A DNA stretch of 64,000 nt from Burkholderiales bacterium (GCA_035543335.1 DASZZH010000038.1:6950-70949); one strand, 5' to 3'. Positions 1 to 9,966 are shown, counted from the first letter of the stretch. A program made the numbers and translations. The notes: a model not told the origin generated them from the letters alone.

Positions 1-168
1 TAAGCTCTGGCTGGTAATCAGATTTCAAGTTGGGTCGCCTTGCTTTCAAAAAGCTCCGAGAACCAATATACCTATTATAACAGCCAGGCAGCTTGAATCC
101 GCCAGCACACGCGCAACCAGCCAATCGTCGTTATACTCCGTTCAAGCAGCAACAACGAGGTAAAAATC

Positions 169-897
169 GTGTACTTTTTGCCAGGCCTGTTTTTTTGCGC
201 CGCGCTTTGCGGCTGCGCCAGCACCGGCGACCCCAGAGACCCCCTCGAGTCAGTGAACCGCGCCGTGTTCAACTTCAATGACGCGGTGGATAAAGCGGTG
301 GTGAAGCCGGTGGCGATCGGTTACACCCTGGTCGTGCCGGACGTGGCAATCACCGGTGTCACCAATTTTTTCGCCAACTTGGGAGACTTTACCATCGCCG
401 CCAATAATCTGCTGCAGCTCAAAATCAGGCAGGCAGCCTCCGATGTGGGGCGTCTGGTGATTAACAGCACGGTGGGATTATTGGGGGTGCTAGATATTGC
501 CAGCAAATTGGGATTGGAAAAGCACAACGAGGACCTGGGCCAGACGTTGGGTTACTGGGGAGTGGGCAACGGGCCTTATCTGGTGCTGCCGTTGTTCGGG
601 CCGACCACCGCGCGCGACGGCATGGGAACTGCGATTCAGTTGTTTTTTGATCCCATCACCAACAGCATCGACGACCCCTACTCGCGCAATCTGGTGTTTC
701 TTCTGAAAATTGTCAACACCCGCGCCACCCTCCTGGAATTGGATAAAGTGCTGGAAGCGGCGGCGCTCGACCGCTATGAATTCTTGCGCGAAGCCTATTT
801 GCAGCGTCGCCGCAGTCTGGTTTACGACGGCAATCCGCCGCGTGAAAAATACGAAGAGGACGAGGACGACGGGGAAACTACAAACCCTGTCCGGTAA
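169..897 (+). CDS. mlaA: VacJ/MlaA family lipoprotein (phospholipid asymmetry)
   Basis: Lipobox LCGC; DPLESVNRAVFNFN, EDLGQTLGYWG and GPYLVLPLFGPTTARD motifs. Confidence 0.92.
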   Translation: MYFLPGLFFCAALCGCASTGDPRDPLESVNRAVFNFNDAVDKAVVKPVAIGYTLVVPDVAITGVTNFFANLGDFTIAANNLLQLKIRQAASDVGRLVINSTVGLLGVLDIASKLGLEKHNEDLGQTLGYWGVGNGPYLVLPLFGPTTARDGMGTAIQLFFDPITNSIDDPYSRNLVFLLKIVNTRATLLELDKVLEAAALDRYEFLREAYLQRRRSLVYDGNPPREKYEEDEDDGETTNPVR

Positions 898-1067
898 GCC
901 ATTCCGGAATCCACTACGCCATTTTCTCCTAATTTATTTCCAGCATTGCGGCGTGCGCCATAAGGGAAATATTTCCGCTTTCAATATCCGGCACGCCCGC
1001 ATCGCCTGCTCCTCATAAGACATGCGCTCCTGACCGAAATGGTGAGAGTCTTTGGCCGCCCGGGCGT

Positions 1068-2081
1068 TTATGTGCGCCGCGCCAGCGGCAGGTTGGTGAG
1101 CAGATTCTGCGGCTTGAGCCGCAGCAGGCTGTCCGCGTTCATCGCCATGCCGAGAAACACCGGCTGCCCGGCGAGTTCGGCGCGCATATCGGAAGGATTG
1201 AGAAAATCCATGCGGAACAGGCACAGCAGCCGCTGCCGGCGTTCTTCCGCCACTTCCTCGCCCTGATAAATATCGTTCAGAATGGCGCTCGCTTCGGCAT
1301 CCAGCCCGACGTGCCAGACCCATTCTTCGCTTTCGATTTTCGGCACCGGGCTGATTCTCACTTGCACCTGGTGAATATGCTCCACCCACGCCTCCAGCAC
1401 GCGGCATAATGCGGCGCAGCCGGCGTCGGCGGGGTTGAGTGCCAAAACCGTATCGTGCCGCTCATCCCTTTCCCAGTACGCCTGCGCATTGTCTTCATTG
1501 AGCACGGTGAACGTGGCGCTTCTGAGCGGCGCCTGCGCTTCCATGAGAAAGCGGCCGATATTGCCCAGACCCGCGCCGCTTTCATGCGTCTCGACCGTTT
1601 CGGCATCCGCGGCGAGAATGGCGCCGTCGCTGAAACTGATTTTCTGCGCTCGAAACAGCATTTCCGCGGCGCGCACGGCGAGCGGCTCGGGCTTTTCGCC
1701 CAGCACATGGCGCAAAATCACCTGCATCATCTGGTCGATGAAAAGCGGCGGCACCGTGGTGTTGCAGTCCTGAAAAATCGCGATGTAACAAGCTTCAAGG
1801 GAAGGCGCGGCGAGCAGCCGTTCGCGGAAGCGTAGCATCACCCGGTAGTTTTCGCGCGCATCCGCATCGGCGATTTTGGCAAGCTCTTCCTCATTCACTT
1901 CCAGGCGCGGATTGCGCATCAGCGCCTGGTGCAGAGCCAATTCATCGGCACAGGATTCGAGAACCGGTTGCAGCTCGCGGCGCAGGAAATAACCGCGCAG
2001 GAAATCATCCGTCACCGCCAGGCTGCCGTCGCGGTCGCGCTTTAAACAATGAAACCCGCAACTGCGCCAGAAATCAATCAT
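1068..2081 (-). CDS. Conserved hypothetical protein, probably DUF6352 family
   Basis: 337-aa ORF. N-terminal DFWRSCGF/VTDDFLR and C-terminal KPQNLLTNLPL match my recollection of DUF6352 (not searched). Confidence 0.6.
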   Translation of the reverse strand: MIDFWRSCGFHCLKRDRDGSLAVTDDFLRGYFLRRELQPVLESCADELALHQALMRNPRLEVNEEELAKIADADARENYRVMLRFRERLLAAPSLEACYIAIFQDCNTTVPPLFIDQMMQVILRHVLGEKPEPLAVRAAEMLFRAQKISFSDGAILAADAETVETHESGAGLGNIGRFLMEAQAPLRSATFTVLNEDNAQAYWERDERHDTVLALNPADAGCAALCRVLEAWVEHIHQVQVRISPVPKIESEEWVWHVGLDAEASAILNDIYQGEEVAEERRQRLLCLFRMDFLNPSDMRAELAGQPVFLGMAMNADSLLRLKPQNLLTNLPLARRT

Positions 2082-2096
2082 GGCCTTTGAACCGGA

Positions 2097-3461
2097 TCAC
2101 GGCAAATCAGTTTTGCCGGACTTTGGCCGGGGCTGGAACAATGCCGGCAGCGGTTTGGCCGCTGGCTGCCGGGGTGTGGTCCGCTCGGTTAAGACCGGCG
2201 GTTGCGGCCGGACTTCACGCGGCGATTGCGGCTGGATTTCGCGCGCCTGGCGCTGTGGCGTCGGACGCGGCGATTCTTCTTTTTGGGATCCTGGCCGCGA
2301 GCCGCCGCGGAATGGCTGACCGGGCTCGAAGCCCGGAATAATCTCCACCGGCAGCTTGAATTTGAGAAAGCGTTCGATGTCCTTGAGCTGTTCGTGCTCT
2401 TCCGCGCACACCAGCGACACCGCATCACCCGCGCTTCCGGCGCGGCCGGTGCGGCCGATGCGGTGCACATAGTCTCCTGCCACATGCGGCAGCTCGAAAT
2501 TCACCACGTGCGGCAGCTCATCAATGTCGAGACCGCGTGCCGCGACGTCGGTCGCGACTAACACGCGCACTCTTCCGCTCTTGAATTCGGCCAGCGCCTG
2601 TGTGCGCTGCGGCTGGCTCTTGTTGCTGTGAATGGCCGTGGATTGAATGCCGTCGTGCTGCAACTGGTGCGCAAGGCGGTTCGCGCCGTGCTTGGTGCGG
2701 GTGAACACCAGCACCTGACGCAAATTCTGCTGCTTGATGATATGCGCGAGCAGCGCGCGCTTGCGATTGTGATCCACCGGGTGCACCACATGGGTGACGG
2801 TCTCCACCGCGGCGTTGCGGCGCCCCACTTCAATCAGCACCGGTTTGTTGAGAAGCTGATCGGCGAGCTGCTTGATTTCGTCGGAGAATGTCGCCGAAAA
2901 GAGCAGGTTCTGGCGCTTCGTTGGCAGGAGCGCGAGGATTCTTTTTATATCCGGCAGGAAACCCATGTCGAGCATGCGGTCAGCTTCATCGAGCACCAGG
3001 ATTTCCACTCTGGAAAGATTGACCGTCTTTTGCTGCACATGATCGAGCAGCCGGCCGGGCGTCGCCACCAGAATCTCCACGCCCGATTGCAGTTCCTTGA
3101 TTTGCGGATTGATGTTGATTCCGCCGTAAACCACCGTGGACTTGAGCGCGACGTATTTTCCATAGACCGCCACGCTTTCGGCCACCTGCATCGCCAGTTC
3201 CCGCGTCGGAGTGATAATCAGCGCGCGCACCGGATGGCGCGCCGGCGAAGCACTGGTGCTGGCGTGGATTTTGAGCCGCTCCAAAAGCGGCCAGGTGAAG
3301 CCCGCGGTCTTGCCGGTGCCGGTCTGCGCGCCGGCCATCACATCCAGGCCGGAAAGTATTGATGGAATCACCTGCACCTGCACCGGCGTGGGCTCGACAT
3401 AACCCTGTTCCGCGATGGCGCGGAGAATTTCAGCTGACAGGCCGAGTGAGTCAAAAGACAT
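2097..3461 (-). CDS. rhlE: DEAD-box ATP-dependent RNA helicase RhlE
   Basis: [21 protein letters not shown] and [10 protein letters not shown] motifs. Confidence 0.93.
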   Translation of the reverse strand: MSFDSLGLSAEILRAIAEQGYVEPTPVQVQVIPSILSGLDVMAGAQTGTGKTAGFTWPLLERLKIHASTSASPARHPVRALIITPTRELAMQVAESVAVYGKYVALKSTVVYGGININPQIKELQSGVEILVATPGRLLDHVQQKTVNLSRVEILVLDEADRMLDMGFLPDIKRILALLPTKRQNLLFSATFSDEIKQLADQLLNKPVLIEVGRRNAAVETVTHVVHPVDHNRKRALLAHIIKQQNLRQVLVFTRTKHGANRLAHQLQHDGIQSTAIHSNKSQPQRTQALAEFKSGRVRVLVATDVAARGLDIDELPHVVNFELPHVAGDYVHRIGRTGRAGSAGDAVSLVCAEEHEQLKDIERFLKFKLPVEIIPGFEPGQPFRGGSRPGSQKEESPRPTPQRQAREIQPQSPREVRPQPPVLTERTTPRQPAAKPLPALFQPRPKSGKTDLP

Positions 3462-3463
3462 AT

Positions 3464-3856
3464 AGAACCTCTCTCACCAATGGTCGCGCGATGCGTTGCC
3501 AGCCAGAAAGGCCGGATGCGAGGCGCGAAGGCGCGGACATATGTTGAACATAGGCAAGCCGAGCAACGACGCAGCCGGTTTTTCTGGCCGCAACCCTTCG
3601 GGACAGGGGCCGTCGCGACCCGGCGGCGAAGCTAGGTGCGGGAGCGACGAGCTGTGCGCCCGGAAATGGCTGGCTTTCGACGGCCTTTTCGCCCCTCCCC
3701 GCGCCACGCTGCGCGAGTCCGAGTCCGGGGCGCACTTTGCGCCATTTTGTCGTTGCTCGCTCCTGGTTTGGAATGACCAAACGGCGTCGCTTGCGCCTAA
3801 AACTGGCTTCAAAATCGCTTTCCGTCGCACACGTGACCATTGGTGAGAGAGGTTCT
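3464..3856. mobile_element. 393-bp MITE-like element with perfect 22-bp terminal inverted repeats
   Basis: agaacctctctcaccaatggtc (3464-3485) and its reverse complement gaccattggtgagagaggttct (3835-3856); no credible ORF inside. Confidence 0.85.
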
Positions 3857-3981
3857 TTGCTCCTAAATCGGCCTACCTGGGCTTTGCGCCCGGGACCGGT
3901 CTAGGCAGATAACAATGTGTTAAGAGGAATACCGCGAGGGTCGGCGGCCCAGACCGGACAGTTGGACCGCACTAGGCGCGC

Positions 3982-4009
3982 ATCATACTCCATTCGCGCC
4001 GCGTGTAAA
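3982..4009 (-). promoter_or_regulatory. Putative sigma70 promoter for rhlE
   Basis: Minus strand TTTACA-16 nt-TATGAT, upstream of a structured leader and an AGGAG SD. Confidence 0.45.
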
Positions 4010-4013
4010 ACGA

Positions 4014-4553
4014 CTATTTTCCTGCGGTCAGCACTTTCAGGTCTGCGATGACTTCTTTGGAATTGCGCGACGTGTCGGCCTTGAGATAAACCCTGGCAAT
4101 TTTTCCCTGCGGATTAATCAGGAAGGTATTGCGCTTAGCCAGTTTGAAGAAGCCCGGGTTGTAAATCGAGCCGTAGCGCTCCGCCACTTCGCCCTTGGTG
4201 TCGGCAAGCAGCGGAAAAGGCAGATGGTATTTCCTGGCGAATTCGGCGTGGCTGGTGCTGTCATCCACGCTCACGCCCACCACTTCCGCGCCCATGGCGG
4301 TGAGCTGGTGCAAATCGTCGCGGAAGGTGCAGGCCTGCTGGGTGCAGCCGGGCGTGTCGTCCTTGGGATAGAAATACAGCACCAGCCATTTGCCGCCGAA
4401 ATCCCTGAGATTGCGCACCACGCCGTTTTGATCGGGAAGGGAAAAATTCGGCGCAGCATCGCCGATACTTGGCATGTTGCCGGGGCGCGCCACGCTGATC
4501 CAAAACAGCGCACCCGCCGCCACCGCCGCCAATAAAAAAATCAGTTTAATCAT
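4014..4553 (-). CDS. bcp: Peroxiredoxin, BCP/PrxQ type, with N-terminal hydrophobic segment
   Basis: YFYPKDDTPGCTQQAC motif. Confidence 0.85.
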   Translation of the reverse strand: MIKLIFLLAAVAAGALFWISVARPGNMPSIGDAAPNFSLPDQNGVVRNLRDFGGKWLVLYFYPKDDTPGCTQQACTFRDDLHQLTAMGAEVVGVSVDDSTSHAEFARKYHLPFPLLADTKGEVAERYGSIYNPGFFKLAKRNTFLINPQGKIARVYLKADTSRNSKEVIADLKVLTAGK

Positions 4554-4554
4554 T

Positions 4555-5784
4555 TCAGACCCTGTTCATGAAAGGTATCCTCGCCCAGCCGCGCAACAGC
4601 AACGCACTCGTGGCGGCAATGGCGCTGGCGAAAAAAAACGCCACCGCCGCGCTCTGGTACTGCCACAGGACGCCAAACACCAGGCCGGCGGGAATCGCCG
4701 TCAATCCGATAATCAAATAATACCAGCCAAACGCGGTGCCGCGTTCGCTTGGACTGGAAAAATCCCCGATAAGTGCCCGCTCCGCTCCTTCGCTCAAACC
4801 GGTGAAGAGGCCATAGAAAAGAGTCACTCCCCACAGCTCCGCACTTGCCGACACCTTGCCGAGCAGAAGAAAGCTCAGGGCGAACGCGGTCCAGCTTATC
4901 AACATCAACCGGCCGCGGCCCAGTTTGTCCGCGAGCCTCCCGCCCCAAGTGGAGGTCGCGGCCTTGGCGAAATTGAGTGCCGCCCACAACAGCAGCAGTT
5001 CCACCACGCTTATGCGCAACTGGTAACCGAGCAGCAGTATGAAAGTTTCGGAAATACGGGCAAAGGTAAACAATCCCAGCACCACCAGATAGCGCCGCAT
5101 AGGTAACGACAGGCCGCGCCAGGAAAGCGGCGTAAGTTCTGCACGAGGCTGTACCACGGGAGCGGGTTTTTCCTTGACTCCCACTAGCAGGAACAACACC
5201 GCAATGAGTCCCGGAACTGCGGAAAGCAAAATCACCTGCGGCAAAGTAAACGTGGAATAGGCGAGCACCGCGGCGGCGGCGAGGCTGCCCATCACTGCTC
5301 CGCCGTTATCCAGCGCGCGATGAAAACCAAAGGCGTAACCCAGCATGGACGGCGGCGTGACATCCACCACCAGCGCATCGCGCGGCGCGCTGCGCAGGCC
5401 TTTGCCAACCCGATCCAGACTACGCAATACCAGCACCAGCGGCCAGTTCCCTGCCAGCCCCAGGAACGGCCGCGCCAGATTGGAGAGCGTGTAGCCAAAC
5501 AGCGTCAGCCCCTTGCGCCTGCCGCTTAAGCGGTCGGAATGGCGCCCCGACCACAGCTTCAAAAAACTCGCCACGGCATCGGCAACGCCTTCAATTAAAC
5601 CGAGCGCGACAGGGCCGGAAGAAAGCACCGTCACCAGCAGGATTGGAATCAACGGAATGACCATGTCCGAAGCAAAGTCATTGAAGAAACTGACCAAGCC
5701 GAGAATGACCACGGTGCGCGGCAATCGCTGCTGCAATGTTTTTCCTGTGCAAAATGACAAACGGGTGGAAGCATTGTAAGCCAT
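4555..5784 (-). CDS. MFS transporter (start uncertain: ATG 5784 or TTG 5736)
   Basis: About 12 hydrophobic segments; GRHSDRLSGRRK, DRVGKGLRSAPRDAL and GRLADKLGR motifs. The longer ORF-track N-terminus overlaps the next gene. Confidence 0.85.
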   Translation of the reverse strand: MAYNASTRLSFCTGKTLQQRLPRTVVILGLVSFFNDFASDMVIPLIPILLVTVLSSGPVALGLIEGVADAVASFLKLWSGRHSDRLSGRRKGLTLFGYTLSNLARPFLGLAGNWPLVLVLRSLDRVGKGLRSAPRDALVVDVTPPSMLGYAFGFHRALDNGGAVMGSLAAAAVLAYSTFTLPQVILLSAVPGLIAVLFLLVGVKEKPAPVVQPRAELTPLSWRGLSLPMRRYLVVLGLFTFARISETFILLLGYQLRISVVELLLLWAALNFAKAATSTWGGRLADKLGRGRLMLISWTAFALSFLLLGKVSASAELWGVTLFYGLFTGLSEGAERALIGDFSSPSERGTAFGWYYLIIGLTAIPAGLVFGVLWQYQSAAVAFFFASAIAATSALLLRGWARIPFMNRV

Positions 5785-5847
5785 ACGTCCCGCCACGGCT
5801 GTTATTCGCGGTTTCCTTCTTTTTCCCTTCAGGCATAATCTGGTTTT

Positions 5848-7680
5848 ATGGGAACAATGAGCGCAGGCGGCCCTCGGCCGCTCCTGATCTATGACGGCGA
5901 TTGCGGCTTCTGCACCTACTGGGTGCGTTATTGGCAAAAGCTTACTCAAGACCGGATGGACTATGCGCCCTATCAGGAAGTCGCCGCTCAGTACCCGCAC
6001 ATTTCTGTTGCCGAGTTTCAACGCGCGGTACAGTACATCGCGCCCGGCGGGAGCACCGCCCGCGCCGGCGAAGCCACTTTTCTCACGCTTTCTCATGCGC
6101 GCGGCAAAAGTTTCTGGCTGGCGTTGTACCGCCGGCTGCCGGGTTTCGCCGCGCTGACGGAACTCGCTTACGCGTTCATCGCTTCGCACCGCACGGCGTT
6201 TTATCGCTTGAGCCTGTTGTTGTGGGGGCGCGATTGCGCTCCGCCGCGATTTGATTCTGTTTCCTGGCTGTTTTTGCGCGCGACCAGCCTGATTTATCTC
6301 GCAGCATTTACTTCTTTCGGCGTGCAGGCATTGGGGTTGATCGGCAGCCACGGCATCCTGCCGCTTCCAGAATTTATCGGCGCCGTCCGAAGCCATTTCG
6401 GCGCAGAGCGTTACTGGCTGTTTCCCATGCTGTTCTGGTGGGGTACGGGCAATTTCGTCATTCAAGCCACATGCTGGGCCGGCGCGGCGCTATCGCTGCT
6501 GGTGGTGTTCAACGTCCTGCCGCGCTTGAGTCTGCTTTTGCTTTATGCGCTATATCTCTCGCTGTTCTACGCCGGGCAGGATTTCATGACGTTTCAATGG
6601 GATTTGCTGCTGCTGGAGACCGGATTTCTTGCGCTTCTGCTGAGCACGGGCTCAAGGTTTGGCATCTGGCTGTTGCGCTGGCTGTTGTTCCGCTTAATGT
6701 TTTTTTCGGGTGCGGTAAAGCTTCTGAGCGGTGATCCCACTTGGGCGGACCTCTCGGCACTCTCCTACCACTTTCAAACCCAGCCGCTGCCCACGCCGCT
6801 AGCCTGGTACACGCACCATTTGCCGCAAGGTACGTTGAGTTTCGCCACCGGCATGACTTTTTTCATCGAGCTCGCGCTGCCGTTCCTGATTTTCTGTCCA
6901 AGGCGCTTGCGCTTTGTTGCGGCTTTCGGCTTTCTGCTGCTGCAAGTCACCATTCTCCTCACCGGCAACTACAATTTCTTCAATCTCCTCACCATGGCGC
7001 TATGCCTCACCTTGTTCGACGACGTGGCCCTCAACCATCTGCTGCCACAAAACCTGGCCCGCGCGCTTCAGCAACGGGTGCGCGGCATGCAGCCGGGAAA
7101 AGCCGCTTCGTTTGCCGTTGCTTCGTTTGCCCTGTTGATTGTGCTGGTGAGCGGCACGCAGATTTTTTCCACTTTTACCGGGCGCGCGCCGGTTTTGGCG
7201 CTGGCGCTGAACAACGGTACCGCGCCATTTCGCATCGTCAACACTTACGGTTTATTCGCGGTGATGACCACCGAGCGGCCGGAAATCATCATCGAAGGCT
7301 CGGACGACGGTATTCACTGGAGCGAATACGCATTCAAGTACAAGCCGGGAGATGTGAAACGGGCGCCGCCGTGGAATATCCCGCACCAGCCGCGGCTGGA
7401 TTGGCAGATGTGGTTTGCCGCGCTGGGGACACAAGGTCAGCACCCCTGGTTTTCACGTTTGTTGCACCGGCTCCTGGAAAACTCCCCGGAAGTGATCGCG
7501 CTGCTCGACGGCAATCCCTTTCCCCACAAGCCGCCTCTTTACGTGCGGGCCCTGCTTTACGACTACCGGTATGCGAGCGGAGAAGAAAAAGCTCTGAGAG
7601 GCGTGTGGTGGCAGCGCAGGCTCGCGGGTCTTTATTATCCCGCAGTAGAAATTAAGGAAAAACAGCTTGAGCGGCCGTGA
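5848..7680 (+). CDS. Lipase maturation factor family membrane protein fused to an N-terminal DCC-type thiol-disulfide oxidoreductase domain
   Basis: YDGDCGFC at the N-terminus; FQWDLLLLETGF, TQPLPTP, TGNYNFFN and PHQPRLDWQMWFAAL motifs. Confidence 0.85.
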   Translation: MGTMSAGGPRPLLIYDGDCGFCTYWVRYWQKLTQDRMDYAPYQEVAAQYPHISVAEFQRAVQYIAPGGSTARAGEATFLTLSHARGKSFWLALYRRLPGFAALTELAYAFIASHRTAFYRLSLLLWGRDCAPPRFDSVSWLFLRATSLIYLAAFTSFGVQALGLIGSHGILPLPEFIGAVRSHFGAERYWLFPMLFWWGTGNFVIQATCWAGAALSLLVVFNVLPRLSLLLLYALYLSLFYAGQDFMTFQWDLLLLETGFLALLLSTGSRFGIWLLRWLLFRLMFFSGAVKLLSGDPTWADLSALSYHFQTQPLPTPLAWYTHHLPQGTLSFATGMTFFIELALPFLIFCPRRLRFVAAFGFLLLQVTILLTGNYNFFNLLTMALCLTLFDDVALNHLLPQNLARALQQRVRGMQPGKAASFAVASFALLIVLVSGTQIFSTFTGRAPVLALALNNGTAPFRIVNTYGLFAVMTTERPEIIIEGSDDGIHWSEYAFKYKPGDVKRAPPWNIPHQPRLDWQMWFAALGTQGQHPWFSRLLHRLLENSPEVIALLDGNPFPHKPPLYVRALLYDYRYASGEEKALRGVWWQRRLAGLYYPAVEIKEKQLERP

Positions 7681-7840
7681 AGCCCCTTCCAATCTCATGG
7701 AAGGAATGGTGCGGCTGCGCCAGCCTTAAGCCTCAACCGTCGTTCCCGGCGGGGCAGGCTCGCGCAGGCAGCGCGCTTCGCCCTGAACCGGCACTGGACG
7801 AGTGATACGCGAAGGCAATATAGGCTAGAATGCGCGCGTC

Positions 7841-7916
7841 GCCCCGATAGCTCAGTGGATAGAGCAGTCCCCTCCTAAGGGACAGGTCGCACGTTCGATT
7901 CGTGTTCGGGGCGCCA
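7841..7916 (+). tRNA. tRNA-Arg (anticodon CCT)
   Basis: 76-nt cloverleaf: anticodon arm gtccc-ctCCTaa-gggac, T-loop gttcgatt, encoded CCA end; TAGAAT -10 at 7826-7831. Confidence 0.95.
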
Positions 7917-7985
7917 ACCAGTACCCGGATTTGCCCTGCTTGGGGAATCCGGCAGCAACAAGCACCCTGACCGGTTCCAAGAAAA

Positions 7986-8528
7986 GTGCGCTTCAAAATA
8001 AAACTTCTTGAGGAGCCGGGAATCTTACACTTAGTGAAGCCGTGCATCTGCCTCGTATCTTTTCTATTGACTTTTGGCTTTGCATCAGCGGGCGAGCTTC
8101 CTAATCCGCAATTAACGCCAGGAGCCACCGACCCTAATGTGACCCAGGGCAACATCCGGAACACAATTTGTGTAAAAGGCTTTACGAAAAAAATTCGGCC
8201 GCCTGCTTATTACACCAATGCCCTCAAGAAAAAACAGATCAGGCAGTACGGCTACACAGATAAAGACCCCAAGCACTACGAGGAAGACCATCTCATTCCC
8301 TTGGAAGTCGGCGGCAACCCTACAGACAAGGCAAATCTCTGGCCGGAACCTCGATACGGCCGGTGGTCAGCAGCAAAAAAGGACCGGCTCGAAAACAAAC
8401 TGCATGAGCTGGTTTGCCATGGGGCCTTGAACCTGGGAGAAGCTCAGCAGGAAATTCGCTCAAATTGGATTGCAGCCTATATGAGGTACATGACCCCAAC
8501 CAAGCATCGTGCCAAAATCGGTGGATAG
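7986..8528 (+). CDS. Secreted HNH-like protein (start probably GTG 8034)
   Basis: Signal-peptide-like N-terminus ending ASA; EEDHLIPLEVGG...NLWPE resembles an HNH core. Confidence 0.6.
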   Translation: MRFKIKLLEEPGILHLVKPCICLVSFLLTFGFASAGELPNPQLTPGATDPNVTQGNIRNTICVKGFTKKIRPPAYYTNALKKKQIRQYGYTDKDPKHYEEDHLIPLEVGGNPTDKANLWPEPRYGRWSAAKKDRLENKLHELVCHGALNLGEAQQEIRSNWIAAYMRYMTPTKHRAKIGG

Positions 8529-8685
8529 CTTGCAACACCTGCGTCACTTCCGATACAAACGGCCAGCCCGCTTCATCTTATAACTCATTGATTGGCCGAG
8601 AATGGACTGCTGGCACCTTTCTTGCTGGTTTGTATTTTCGCAAGCGTAGTGTTTCTGCTTGCTCATTCTCCTTTATTAAGACTTT

Positions 8686-8713
8686 TGGGCGTGTCCTCCA
8701 CGCCCATTTTTTT
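8686..8713 (+). terminator. Intrinsic terminator hairpin
   Basis: tgggcgtg-tcctc-cacgccca followed by T7; a shorter A4/T run on the other side may serve the minus strand. Confidence 0.6.
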
Positions 8714-8726
8714 GCCTGTCGTCGGT

Positions 8727-9113
8727 TCAGCGCATGCGTATCAACGCCGGCGGCAAGTAAGGAAACGGCCGGCAAAACAAGCCGTAGCCACAGAACTGGT
8801 TCTGGTACTGTATTTCCTCGCGTCGCTCCGCTTGAATGTAGGTTTCCTGCATATAGTCGATCACCTCGTCCGCCACGCCCTGGTCATGCAGTTTCGCAAG
8901 CTGGGATGCGCTTAGGCGATACACGTCATGCGAATCACGCAACTGTTTCACGATCGTTTCCGCAGGCATGTCGTCGCGGGTCATTTGCACGATTTGTTCT
9001 ACCGTTACCGGATTGGTTTTCTCATTACCCAAGCCAGCGCACCCGCTGAGCCAAGTGGACAGCATCAGTATAATCGCCGTGCCGAGGCGCACCGGTGAGC
9101 CCGGAACATCCAT
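8727..9113 (-). CDS. Hypothetical lipoprotein
   Basis: Lipobox LSGC after a hydrophobic stretch; helical domain VTVEQIVQM...LSASQLAKLHDQGVADEVIDYM. Confidence 0.65.
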   Translation of the reverse strand: MDVPGSPVRLGTAIILMLSTWLSGCAGLGNEKTNPVTVEQIVQMTRDDMPAETIVKQLRDSHDVYRLSASQLAKLHDQGVADEVIDYMQETYIQAERREEIQYQNQFCGYGLFCRPFPYLPPALIRMR

Positions 9114-9351
9114 CAGTCCGCCAGTGACAAATTTGATACACCGCCACTGCAATAAACTGTTACGCGTTTGGCACACTCCTTTCCCCGACAGCATCAGAAG
9201 CCATTGATTGAAAATGAACTGCGCCCTGGCACTCCATTTACTGTTACTTAGGGGCGCAAGCATGGAGGATGAGATCTCCTCCATATGCTCATTTTCCTTT
9301 CTTTCCAGGGTGCGGCTCCGCGCCCTTTTTCTTTGACCGCGTAACGCTTGA

Positions 9352-9750
9352 TTAATCCTTTTTCTCTTGCGAGGCGCCTGCCGATTTGGCTTGAGCGCTC
9401 ATGAAATCGGCAAGCTGCTTGAAGTAATCGAACCCCGCCGCCGGCGACATGAGCGGCGGGACCATGGCCTGTGGTTGCTGAAACGAACGCGTGAACCAAT
9501 CCGCTAGATTCGCTCCGCCTTGCTGCGCGGCGCCGAACTGGGCAAAAGCCTGCAACAAGTTGGTATAAGTGGCGCCGATGCGGCTCATCTCCCGCGCCAT
9601 CCCTACGAACAATTCCACTTCCCCGCCTTCAACCATATTGTTTATTTTTTGGATCAGTTCGCGCCGCTGTTCCCACGGCTCACTGCCATTGGCGAGAAAG
9701 GTGCGCAGTTCCTTGAGCAGGCCTGCAACTTCCGGGCTTAATTCAGGCAT
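9352..9750 (-). CDS. Hypothetical protein
   Basis: 132-aa ORF with strong GAGGAG SD; no motif recognised. Confidence 0.6.
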   Translation of the reverse strand: MPELSPEVAGLLKELRTFLANGSEPWEQRRELIQKINNMVEGGEVELFVGMAREMSRIGATYTNLLQAFAQFGAAQQGGANLADWFTRSFQQPQAMVPPLMSPAAGFDYFKQLADFMSAQAKSAGASQEKKD

Positions 9751-9966
9751 TTTTTCTCCTCAAGATTATTCATAAACCAAGAATAGCCCGAAGCGGAGTG
9801 CATTGCCAGCGCCTGCTCAGGCGTTTTCCCGTGATGAAAATGTTATTGGCTAAATCGGCAGCGGTTTGCGGCTGCCTTCATCTTTTAAAGATCCGACCTG
9901 TGGCCTGTCCGGTTGACATTGCGGCGCGATGAGTGTTACATAAGCAGCACTGCCCGAGAGTGGGTT

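Noticed and set aside
3451..3846. 116-129-aa ORFs upstream of rhlE
   Set aside because: All fall inside the MITE and show no transposase or other motif
5785..6465. N-terminal extension of the 636-aa MFS ORF
   Set aside because: Overlaps the LMF gene on the opposite strand; MFS similarity begins only near 5736
7917..9900. Prophage or integrative element at tRNA-Arg
   Set aside because: No integrase, phage genes or att duplication seen
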